A stretch of 64,000 nucleotides of DNA from Eledone cirrhosa. Lineage: Eukaryota. Shown piece by piece: positions 52,021 through 64,000 of the stretch. The stretch's first letter is position 1, and every line of letters starts with the position of its first letter. The stretch covers positions 51,770,001 through 51,834,000 of the forward strand of contig OZ024745.1 in assembly GCA_964016885.1 (NCBI GenBank), written 5' to 3'. Both the position numbers and the translations under genes were made by a program. The notes under the pieces are model-generated. The model had not been told where the DNA came from and made no database searches. It worked only from the letters and a program-made list of their open reading frames with translations.

Positions 52021-55000
52021 GTTACACAGCCAAGCATAATTTTATGATTTGTGCGCACATATTCCAATAGTTAATCACTTATGTATAATCTTGTAATGTA
52101 ACGAATTGTACAAACATTTGTTAATGCATACTGACTAATATAAAAACGCAATTTCAATTTTACATGTATGTTTCATGATTATCTTATATATATATTATGA
52201 TGCTCACGTCAATGATGTCTACAATTGCCAACAGATGTAACAGTTATGCTTGCTGAACACACGAGAAAGAGGAATGACTATTTAAGAGACAACGTGAGTA
52301 TACAAAGAACGTACTTGAATTACTAATACAATGTATGTAACTGTACTTCAATTTTCGATTGGCTTCATATTTCTGAACAGTAGATTACAAAATGATTACA
52401 AATACCATATTGGTTCACAACATGCAGTCTAAAGGGGGATGAAACCACGCAATAAATGACATGGAAAATTCTGATATTCCATGTATATAAGCTATCTGGA
52501 TTAGCTATTATATAATGAATACATTTGTGCTTTCATGTTTATAATGCATTGAGTTTTCCATGGAATATCTACACACATATCTACATTAATTCAAATAAAT
52601 TAGGAATTTATCAATTTCAAAAAAACATCATAATTATTTACTATCCTCCAGAATTTACAGATATGCCTTAAAAATACAGACTATCGCAAATATATATCGT
52701 TGACTGTTATTAAACTATATACAGCATAACATTGAAAAGATACGCAAACAGGTTTTATAGATTTATCTGAATATTAAATTAATCAGATAATGAGATTTTC
52801 CATGCTACATAAATGACCATTATTTTACATTCAAATATCGCAAGATAGATTTCCAACCCGAAGCAATAATTTGGTAAATCAACCCTACAAATACCGATAA
52901 AGAATGGAACATCAAACTTCTACATACCAGTATATTTCCAGATGTAAGTGGTTTCTCCTTTCCCTCCATGGAGTGTTACAATGGTATACATTCATTGGTT
53001 TTAAACCATCTCCGAAAAGGACATAAACATACTTATCCGTTTTGATATAATTAACTAATACTCCTAAATTTTGAAACAAATTTGATCGACTCTATACTTT
53101 ATATCAAATCAATCAGTGTTTGAAATCAGTGTTTTAGCTCACAAAAAAATGCAATAGGAAATGAGTTGTAGTATCAAAATGTATTCAGCAGCCTGGTTTC
53201 CAACGGAAAAAACGAAAATGATAGGGAATAACAGCAAACTTCCCTATGTTACATGAACATTTACAAAATGTTCATATAACACAATATGAAGTGTAAAATC
53301 AAAGTAATAGATTGGGCTAATCTATAATGCTTTAGCATAGTTAAATCTGCCTATACACATGCATTTCATGTGATAGCGATCTACATGTACTAAAATATAT
53401 TTCGAACATATATCATCATACTCTTGGCACAAATATACCGCAGAGTCAGACCTCACCCTACTAATAACTCTATTTTAAACGTAATTTGCTCAATACAAAA
53501 TATTAGAAGACATATGAGTAAGTGTATGCATCATAACATTTATTATTTATTTTAACATTCAGACTAATACATGATTCCCATGATATCACATATCGGATTT
53601 ATACGAAGAAAAAAAAAATTAAAATCGGTAAATCCTTTACGTCATAGACTAGGCAACAGCCAGTATAAAGGATGAAGTTGGGATAGAATTTTGTGAAGGC
53701 GATTTGTTATCTAATTAAAGTAATGACTAGACTAATGCAGCTTCATATATCGATATTTAGATCATGTTACAATTGCATTTCACCATATGTCAAAATATGT
53801 TACTGATCAGTAAGATTAACACACATTTAATTTTGCTTTCCAATGATGTGATCATGATATTACATTTAAAGTTGGCATGTGAGATGCTTACGGTAAAGAA
53901 ACATGTAACACATATTTAGTTGTCGACATCAAATAGGAAAATATGAAAATATAAATACTGTGATCATGTTGTTTATTTTAATTTTTGTTTCATATATCTA
54001 ACAGCAGAAGTTTGAAATCATTGTTATCATAAATGATTTTACTAACATAGCCACATACATTTCAATTCCCTTCACCTGATACAATCAATGCATTCAGTTA
54101 ATTAGCTATTGTCAGAAATTTCCATTTAAAATGAACAATGATTTAACCATTGCGAATTTTCTGCACTATTTTCTAAGAATTTCCCAAAGGATGGAAATGA
54201 TTGTTTTTAATTTAATCGAGTGCCACCTTTATATTAATTGAATGCTTGAGTCTGGAATTGAGAAGGATGATATAACAGCTTTGTATTCCCCCGCCTTCCT
54301 TTTGATATGAAAGATAATTTCCACTCAAAGGGAAGAATTAATTTTGGAAACATAATCAATATTCATTTTTAAAATTTGGCTTTGAATATTTTCATGTGAA
54401 ATGAAAGGGAAATATTTTAAAAATATTAATGTTCCAAATCGTAATTTGTTATTTTATATTATATTTTCTGCAAAAAAGTTCAAAATATTTTGAAGTTTCA
54501 TTTTAAAATTTTATGATATTTATTACTCAGCCATCAAAATGTGCTCTCCAAAGCGTGCATTAGAAAATTTCGATATCTATTGAATTTATTATGATATTAT
54601 TTTCATGGTAAATGCAATGCGTTAACATACGCACCGAATAAGCTGATGTGAGTATTAACCCATTAACTGATAGCATAACTATATGTAAATCATATTTCTT
54701 CGAAAGGTGACTTTATGAATTTAATTTTTTATAATAAGTGTCTTAGCAATGTTGGTATAAGTCTTTGAGGATAGTCACCTTTGTATATCTTCCTGACGTT
54801 GTCTTACACATTGCAAGCGATATAAACATGATGCGTTTTAATTATCATCCGTTTATTATTGAACTGCTCATTATTTTTCAAATTACACTATTACTTCACG
54901 TTTTAGCATATGCAAAATCACAAATATCAGTGTTTGAGATGCCACCTTCAAATGAATACGTGTAGTTTTTCTGGTATGTAAACTATTTGAGAATATACTG

Positions 55001-56662
55001 TGGTAGAAAGTAAAACCAAATCGATATATGTTATGTAAATTATATCAATCACAATTAAACTGCGTGATTTTTGGTTAAGAAATATCACTAACGAGTTTTT
55101 TTTTATTACTGATAGTTGCAACTCGTTTACAGAGAACCACATAGGGATAGGTTCCTCTTCATGACATACTCGACGAATATGAAATAGTTTTTTTTTAATT
55201 TATTTTTACAAACAAATATAATTAATATAACATAATTGTGCATTAAAATAAAATTGTACGTTAATGTGTGGCAAAAACCGTTCGAACATTTATTGATTGA
55301 CACCGTGCATATATATGTACATTACATAGCCCAAAATACTGAATGAACTATAGCATGGGGGGATCATGAAAAGAGTAGACATCACATTAGCTTCAATATC
55401 AGAATTCCATCACATATATTTAGAAAAAATAAAATGATTTCGGAAAGCCGTTACTGAGTTTATATAACACACAAACTGGGAATACTGAGGTGCAAAACAA
55501 AACAGAATGGATGGTGTAGTAACCATCAATTCTTCCATAAAACGCAAGTGTGTAAACACTACAAACAGCATTTTATTTCATAATTTCAAATTTGATATCA
55601 CTTTGTAGCTATTATATAGGGACCGCCGCAAGGACATATAAAGTGCTTGTCAATAAACAAACATTTTACAAATCTCTATTTCTCAAACGACAGGAAGCAT
55701 TTTAGTATCCAGTGGAAAGCGGTGGTTGGCGGAGGAATGGAAATTGGGACCAAGGGTGCCTGGTTCTTCGACTTGGTCAGACAATATAGAAAGCTTTTAC
55801 AAATCATAAGGATTTGAATTATGTGAAATGTAATCAAAACTGGTGACACACATGTCTATACCAGCTCTAACACAGTACAACTGCTCCAGAAATACTACAT
55901 TACAGCCTCGTATATTACTACAAGTCCCTGAGCGTGGTTTCTTGAAATTTTTGCGCAAATATACAGCTATGTCGTGTGAGAAATTAATGTTGAAATCTAC
56001 CTTATACGCAATATTTTGCAAATGAACATAAATTCACCGCACATTTATGTCTCATTGAAGAATGGCATACGAGATCAGTAATAGTGGTGTAGGGAAACAA
56101 GTATTTCTACGTATGTAGTTGTAAATGCCTAGTAATTGGTAACATTTGATATACGCAAAATTAAGGTGCCAGTGGATCAACAGATATGTAGAATAGAATG
56201 AAAGTCAAATTTTCTTGGATGTAGAATGTACAGCAAACGAATTTAGATTATAAATAGTTCTGAGCTAATAACTACGTTCTTTAACATTCTCTATTACAAT
56301 CTTTCATGTATAGCGAATTTGGTAAGACCGAAAGTGTCACGAAGTCGTACATTTATTCTGGAAATAATGTACAGAACGTTAGTCAATAAATGATATTCAT
56401 TTCATGAAATATGATGTAATGAGCTTCGTGATTAATGAGTGGGCCGTCTCTCTGTAAAATAATCAAACCTTTTTAATAAAACGAAATAATGAATGAGTGG
56501 TATCAACATATATGTTTGCTGTTTATGTAATACAGACTCATTAAATAACGCACACTTGAGGTAAGATAAAGTCGTGGTAGTACAGTAAAAACAAGGTAAC
56601 TAAAATAAGAGAATCTTGTACAAAAAGAAGCATAGGATATATAGATCATCATGAATTAAGGA

Positions 56663-57620
56663 ATGATTGTGTAGTAGTAAGCTGCCAGTATTAGAATAAT
56701 GATCATTCTATGATTTTCTGAATATATGGCACTCTGTTTCTCTTATGAATGTATACCAGAAGTCAAAAGAATTGTCTTGCTTTTTTTATAATATTGATGA
56801 TTTCTTTTACGTAGTCTAACATTCTTCCTTGTTTTAAATTGAAAAGAACATATTATGAAATCAATTCACATGTCGCTATTTAATGTTCCAATAAAATGCT
56901 ATCTTAAAATATTAACACTAATACGTTTAAATCAAATATTTACTAATAATTTATTTTAAACAATCAATGGATGTTCTTCTGAATGAAATTAATTATTATT
57001 CTAAACAGCTATATAGCACCGTCCTCATTTCAATTTTGCGATAATATATTGAAATATTTAAGCTAAGAAAATCAATTTCTTATTTTGTTTTGATTTGTTT
57101 GCTTTCCGCGTTAAGCAGGATTATATAAACAGGATACCGAACACATAATCGTATTTAAGAGGACATATGCGTATTAAATTACGATTGTGTATGATTGTGT
57201 AGTAGTAAGCTGCCAGTATTAGAATAATTGTTTCTACTTTAGGCACAAGGCCAGCAATTACCCAGTGCATTACTGGTACTTTATTTTTATCGACCCCGTA
57301 AGGATGAAAGGCAAAGTCAACCTCGGCGGGATTTGAACTCAAATCGTAAAGGGATGTAACTATGCTGGAAAGCATGGTGTCTGACCCTCTACCGAATTAG
57401 AATAATGATCATTCGATGATTTTCTGAATATATGGCACTCTGTTTCTCTTATGAATGTATACCAGAAGTCAAAATAATTGTCTTGCTTTTTTTATAATAT
57501 TGATGATTTCTTTTACGTAGTCTAACATTCTTCCTTGTTTTAAATTTAAAAGAACATATGAAATCAATTCACATGTCGCTATTTAATGTTCCAATAAAAT
57601 GCTATCTTAAAATATTAACA
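56663..57620. repeat. Local ~255-bp direct duplication (56663-56918 / 57191-57620); second copy interrupted by a SINE
   Basis: Near-identical sequence on both sides of the SINE. Confidence 0.85.
57229..57395 (-). mobile_element. tRNA-derived SINE with 11-bp TSD
   Basis: TSD attagaataat at 57218-57228 and 57396-57406. Confidence 0.9.
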
Positions 57621-59229
57621 CAAATATGTATCAAATTAACATCCATATCCACAGATTTGTCTGTTTTGATATTATATTAAGGATATGGATCGGAACTTGT
57701 AAACCGTGCCCGTGCATCAAAAATATGAAATACGAATAAGGAAAAGAGCATAAAAATACATCTCATAATTAGTTGCAATATGAAGACTTCTTTCATTAAT
57801 ATGCAAAATGAAAAAAAAAAATTAAATTAATTAATTCATTTTATGGGTCTACGATGTCGACATTACAAAGGCAAAGTATGTTTTAAAAAAAAAGCAAAAA
57901 TCGTAGTGGGTATGCGTACTAATAATTATAACTTAACAGTACAAACAAAATATCTGCATAAATCATAAATTGATTTTCGGCAACACAAACTGTTCTGAGG
58001 CAACAACATAAATGTTGTCGCCCTATATTTGTCACAAGCTTAAAGTCGCATATTTAATGAGGGTACATATAGAGAATAATGTTACGTCACTAACATCCAT
58101 CTTTCTTAAAATTTACAGTAATGCATCACCTCTTTCTATACACTTACCTTAGTCTGAAAGTGATACTTGAAACCCCGGGTGGTCACGTTTCAGTAATACG
58201 GTTTTTTACTCCAATATTTAAAATAAGTGCACGTCATATACCCTCTTGTCAATGAAAGAACATTGGTGGAAGTAAGACATATTCCTCAAGTATCATTGTT
58301 TTAAAACTGTATTATTTGAAAAATGTTGTTCTTAATCTGATATGTTGTATTTCGAGAATATATATTTCACATTTTCATGGTAGTGTATTTCTTTGGCAAT
58401 GACAAATCATGGCTTTTGTTTAATTTTCATATGGCGAAAATTTCTTTTCCGTGTTAAACTACATATATTTTCGTAGTTTATATGTCAGCATTTAGTCATA
58501 TATTCATTAGTAGCGTCATAAATGTTATGTTTCTAGAGTGTTTTACACATTTTGTATATATTCAAGTTCTTCATTAGAAACTGTTTTTTATTATTATTTT
58601 GCTTTTATCTGCAAGTAATTATTTTCTATCACTGCCCTTTCTTCTAAATGTGAAAGTTTATATTTTAAATCTTTTCTTTCTTTATATTATCTGATAAATC
58701 ACCTATATATGGTAGAAATTTGTTATTATCGTAGAAAACAATAATCGATTGTGTCTTGGTTTATTATGTCTGTTCTTTTAATTTTATTTGATATCGGTGA
58801 TTAATGTGTTCTTTATGATTCTTGCATTATTTTTTATTTTTGTATTATATAGTATGATATTCCATATTATTATTATATCAGTTGAATTTCCCTTCTGATT
58901 AGAAGTGTTATTTCTGACAGTATTTTATATATAATAATTTCTATACTAATAGTTGTTACTATATTAACATGATTATTTAATCTGGTATACTATTTTTTAT
59001 GTCACCAAATTCTATATATGAAATTGTATATTTGAAATAACACTTGTTGTTGGTAATAACTGTGCAATAAAATATATACACGTCAACAGTGTATTTAACA
59101 ACAATTATTTCTATTTTTTATAATCTATGGATCCTTAACTATTCTGTAATTCTTTAACACAATTTGGGGACATGTTTGACCCTTAGTATAGTCAATCAAA
59201 TTTCTGCGTATAAATAAACGTTCGTTTTA

Positions 59230-60300
59230 AATACCACCTCAAGAGCCGCATGTGCTGTTGTGCGTTGTACTCAGTATATATTACACAATGTTCTCTCTTC
59301 CTATGCTATTACGAGTAAACTCACGTTACATCGGAGGCTATATATGCGACCAAGCGAACATATCACACCAAGCAACTAAAACATCGTCGCCTGTCACCAT
59401 TTCTACACCGCACATCTATCTAACACGATCTAATGCCAAACCATGCTCCATACCAATTATCACCTAGAGAGAGTCAGTTTAAAACACAATGAGGATCCAG
59501 ACTTTCAAGAAACAGATTGATAATGTTTAGAATTCAACAACACTGCAGTACATACATTCAAAAGAATAATTGCAAGGCAACAAAAATCTCCAGTTCATCC
59601 TGCTCGAGGTTTAATTTGCCTTTGGACTAAAACCATTACGCTCACATACAGTCTACACCACAGTCAAACAGGGCAGAATGGCCCGCGTCCTTGTTTCTTC
59701 AACAGGAACCTTTCTTGATCATACGTGCACAGCAATAGTGTGGGTCTGTAGTTTGGGCTCCTCATGTGTGAGCGTCAAAGATGTTGACAGGCAGACCTTT
59801 TCGACTCGTTCGTAGTACAGGCACTCTCTTATCATTACAATGTGAGTCGATTTCCTTGGATTGAATGGGGCCATCAGAAGGAGCCTCGATGCTGTTGGTT
59901 TCACATCACATATGAAAACCGCTTGTCAGTAGGCCATGACTATAGACTACTCGACAAGATATTTCAAGAGTGCAATTATCAGAACTACAATACAGCTTTA
60001 TATGACGTTCCCCGACGCAAAATCTATCGTTTCGCCTACAAACCTCGGCACTACAACCCACAACGAAGAGAAGTGGAAATTATCCATATACCAGTCTTCA
60101 ACAGCCGGTTCCTTTTCATTCAGTTGCCCATGAGATTTCCAATATACTTGTTCCCTAGTCTGACTGCAATTTTCTTCCTTAACGGTTGTGAAAGGAACCC
60201 CGTGTGGGAGAATGGCTGATTTAGTGAATATCACTCATTATTTGTTACACCCGTGGGGCATTACCCCGGAGTCAACAAGTATAGTGTGGCCCTTCCCTTA
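59230..60300 (+). mobile_element. Very degenerate Gypsy-like integrase relic
   Basis: Remnants collinear with integrase motifs: PIIT*RESV resembles TITTDRGSQF, and LDK-YFKSAII resembles the region after GPY/F. Recognised by eye only. Confidence 0.4.
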
Positions 60301-60636
60301 TGCTTCTTCTTTTCATTAATTAATCTCACCTTTTATTTACTTCTTTCCTCTCTCTTAATATTTATCAATTTAATTATTTTTAGTTTTTTTAATTGCTTCC
60401 ATCATCATATACTTCTGTTCGAAAATTCATTCGTATACAGATTCTGTGAACAAACTAGAGATGACGATAAAATAACGTAATATTTAGACTAGAAAATAAC
60501 TAAAAAAATATGCCATCGAAAATAACTTCAGCAGACAAATATTTATTATATATAAACCAAGAATTAACATTAAAATATTATATATTGTAATTAGTAGCAG
60601 AACTAATAAAAAATACCAAATTACGCAGTATGTCAT

Positions 60637-60821
60637 AATAACTGTTTCTACTTTTGGCACAAGGCCAGCCATTAGCCCAGTGTAGTGCTGGTACTTTATT
60701 TAATCGACCACGTAAGGATGAAAGGCGAAGTTAACCTCGGCGGGATTTGAACTCAGAATGGCAACGGCCGTAACTCAATGCGTCAAAGCATGGCGTCCGA
60801 CTCTCTACCAATACTGCCAAT
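60637..60821 (-). mobile_element. tRNA-derived SINE (diverged variant)
   Basis: Same core and B-box as the other copies. Confidence 0.8.
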
Positions 60822-62081
60822 TCACCGTCATAATAACAATGTTAAATAATATATACACAAAGCCACACAAAACAATCTACTTTGTCGATATTTCTCAAAG
60901 ATTATCCACCAGAACGCATGACGGAGCAATGAATACAGCAAACAATATGCATACCTAACTAGACAACGATTTTGAGGCTCCATTTGCAACATACAAGAAA
61001 TAGATAATATTGAATTATAAAATTGAAACACCTTAAATGACAAATGGAATCACAAACATAAACCTAAATCATATTGAAAACTCAATCACTGCACTCTGCA
61101 TTCACCAACTTTTGTAAATACTCGTACCTACCCTCATGAGTTCCCTAAAACATGGAGCTGGAATGTGTATAGGGTTTTTAAAGGAACTATAATATCTCTC
61201 ATGAATTCGCAACATGAAGTACTTTCAACCTTCTTCATAATGGCTCATATATAATTTAATGGATAGTATTTTACATCACATTCACTGATGCAAACAAATA
61301 CACCAAAATATTTACTTAAAATATCAGATGGCGCCAATTAAAATTTAAATTCAACGTGCATCAGTCTAACCTTTATACGTTTTGGCACATTATTCGGCGT
61401 CATTCAACGTTATCCACATACATTCAAATATCCAAAAGCCACCTGAAACAAACACTGCAAAACTCCTAATAAAAGTGCCGATTAAACAACCAATGCTATT
61501 TCAGTGTCATTCTTCTAACTCTGCATTTGTTTCAAAATGCATGCCATAAGGATCTGACATCTAACACGTTCTTTTTATGTCAACCCAAGAAAATTCGTAT
61601 TCTGTTGAATAATTATTTCAACGCTGTTTAAATCCTCCAACAATGTATATCAACGCCAATAAATGTTAAAGGTTGTCCCTACCAAATTCAATGTTCCAAC
61701 AATAGAAAACATCTGGTGCAACGAAACATCACATCGAAAAAATCTATCTTAGTATTCAAGCACAAACCAACAATGCCATATATGATAGGCATGCAGAAAA
61801 AAGTGAATCGCCTACGAAGATTTCTCCAAAAACCTAAACCTACAAAAACGTTCAGTCTTACGCACTCTCTCTCTCTCTCTCTCTTTCTTTCTCTCTCACT
61901 CTCACTTTCTCTCTTTCCCCCTCCATCCCACTCATTCACAACAAACACAAAAATAAATTATATATATCTGAAATATTAACAACGTACCTGGCGCCAAATT
62001 ACCTGCAAACGATGACAGCGTTCAAGCTTTGTCTTCCCGCATATCTTCCCCCGCTGATGTAACACTCAGAAAATACTAACA

Positions 62082-62573
62082 AATAATTTTCTACTTTTAG
62101 CACAAGGCCAGCAATTATCCCAGTGCATTACTTGTACTTTATTTTATCGACCCCGTAAGGATGAAAGGCAAATTAACCTCGGCGGGATTTCACCTCAGAT
62201 CATAAAGGGATGTAACTCTATGCTGGAAAGCATGGCGTCCGACTCTTTATAGATACTGCCAATAAATAATTGTTTCTACTTTTGGCACAAGGCCAGCAAT
62301 TATCCAATGCATTACTGGTACCTTATTCTATCGACCCCGGAAGGATGAAAGGCAAAGTTAACCTCGGCGGGATTCTTATATAGGCTCAAGGCCAGCAATT
62401 ATGGGGGAGGGAAAGTCGATTAAATCGACCCCAGTACGTGACTGGTACTTTATTTTATCGACCCCGTAAGGTTGAAAGACAAATTAACCTCGGCGGGATT
62501 TGAACTCAGATCATAAAGGGACGTAACTCTCTGCTGGAAAGCATGGCATCCAAACCTTTATCGATACTGCCAA
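62082..62573 (-). mobile_element. Cluster of three tandem/nested SINE copies (62082-62262, 62267-62374, ~62380-62573)
   Basis: Repeated ttctactttt.gcacaaggccagcaatt...tcgacccc.taagg.tgaaag...cctcggcgggatt. The third copy has a different 3' part (gggggagggaaagtcgattaaatcgaccccag). Confidence 0.85.
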
Positions 62574-64000
62574 TAAATAATGATAGATTAAAGAGTGGGG
62601 AGAAGGAAACCTTTCAAAATCATAATACTGAATACCGTACGATATATTACGGCATGTTTAGTGTGAATCATTATCTGCAGTCATAGGAAGAGCCGGTGTA
62701 ATTAGGGTTGGTGGCACTCACCTCATTTTATAGCAGAATAAATTACATGGTACTACTGAATTGAGGATACATATTACAAAAATAATACAAAAGAAACATT
62801 GTATGAAATAGTCATACATATAGTGTAATCCTGTTCCCAACAGAAGATAAAATTCTGGTATATCAATATATTTAACAGATTTAATCCTAAGCCCGCTTGA
62901 AGACGCTTGATCAGAACTAACTTACCGTTAGATATGACACAATATAAACAGAAGTTATTTGTATATTCAAAATATATGCGGTATTCTCTACAGTTTGGGT
63001 AGAATTGAGTATCCTCCTTTTTAATTATAGATGGTGAAATAGACAATACAAGCAAAATCAATAGTAATTACTTGACCACTATCCCTGCTAATCATGGTAA
63101 GTGTAAACAAATTTAATAACACTAGTGTATTGAGCAAGAACATCATATATTGAATAATATGCTCAAACCTGTGCTTAATGAAGTAATTCCCTGACTAATC
63201 ATTCAATTTAATTCTTGGAAGTATTGTGCAATTAACGAAAATCCAATACATTCTGACCGAAGCCTATATTCGAAAATAAAACGGAGAGAAGAGCTTAGAC
63301 TTTCGTTACACAATGATGAAATACAATAATAGCATAAGCCTTAGATGAAATCATAAAATATCTGCGAAACATCACAAAACCTACTAGAATAATATTTAAA
63401 AAAAGTAGAAACCGTTTTTAAAATCTATATTATCTATGGTATTAGAAACAGTATAAAAATCGGCTCAAACGCTGAATGATAAATTGGCTACAAAATACAT
63501 TTTCAAAAGATAAGACTACCTTTGCTATGTAACAGAATTTCATTTTAACATTGTTAGCAATTTGTATGAATTCAAAATCGCATCGCATTGGTATATAGTG
63601 ACAGAAATAAACTATAGCTCTACCTGATTTCATATGAAACTGTAAACATAGTTCATATGATTTACAATAGGATTTGTTGTTAGTTTCTTTCTACCTTAGT
63701 GAATATTATCATATGTATTGAATCATACATTGATATGAATTATTCTTTTTTTTGTAATATTATATGGTTATTTTTTACTATTTAGAATGAAATACATTTC
63801 ATTTCTTTACACATTTGCATAGCCTAAATCGTGTCGACGACCAGATGAATGTATCAAATCTCTATTTCCAAACTTGATGTATTACCTTCTTTTAATAAGA
63901 TCAATACCCTATTATTTCACAGGAAAATATATAACTATATTCCTGTCCGATAAGAATTAAATGCGAATGCGTAATATAAATTGCAAACAGAAAACTAAGC

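Noticed and set aside
55690-55800. GC-balanced stretch that might be a host exon
   Set aside because: No convincing donor site and no recognisable product. The minus frame APLVPISIPP suggests a retroelement integrase scrap instead.

Overview
AT-rich, microsatellite-laden eukaryotic DNA. Repeat content suggests an octopus/cephalopod genome (inference from SINE and LINE types). It is almost entirely intergenic or intronic and dominated by retroelements. The centrepiece is a young, apparently intact Penelope-like element (PLE) at 6712-12529 on the minus strand, inserted in (TA)n. It has a 717-aa RT + C-terminal GIY-YIG ORF of the Hydra-clade type, a 1.6-kb tandem pseudo-LTR and an inverted pseudo-LTR with a tail. 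Each of its three pLTR copies holds an extended type I hammerhead ribozyme whose core reads UUGAGAA instead of CUGANGA (compensatory U3-A8 pair), with a predicted stem I/stem II pseudoknot. The two tandem ribozymes are exactly 3540 nt apart. A diverged second PLE family at 37.9-38.6 kb has the same A8-type core at the same ~190-nt distance from its start codon. Many older PLE relics with minimal hammerheads and fold-back structures are scattered through the TA tracts. Also present: a degenerate full-length L1/Tx1 LINE, an RTE 3' fragment with TSD, about nine tRNA-derived SINE copies, a non-autonomous Helitron, a Gypsy relic and a candidate first coding exon of a host gene on + near 20.6 kb. 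All RNA structures were paired by eye; none were computed.
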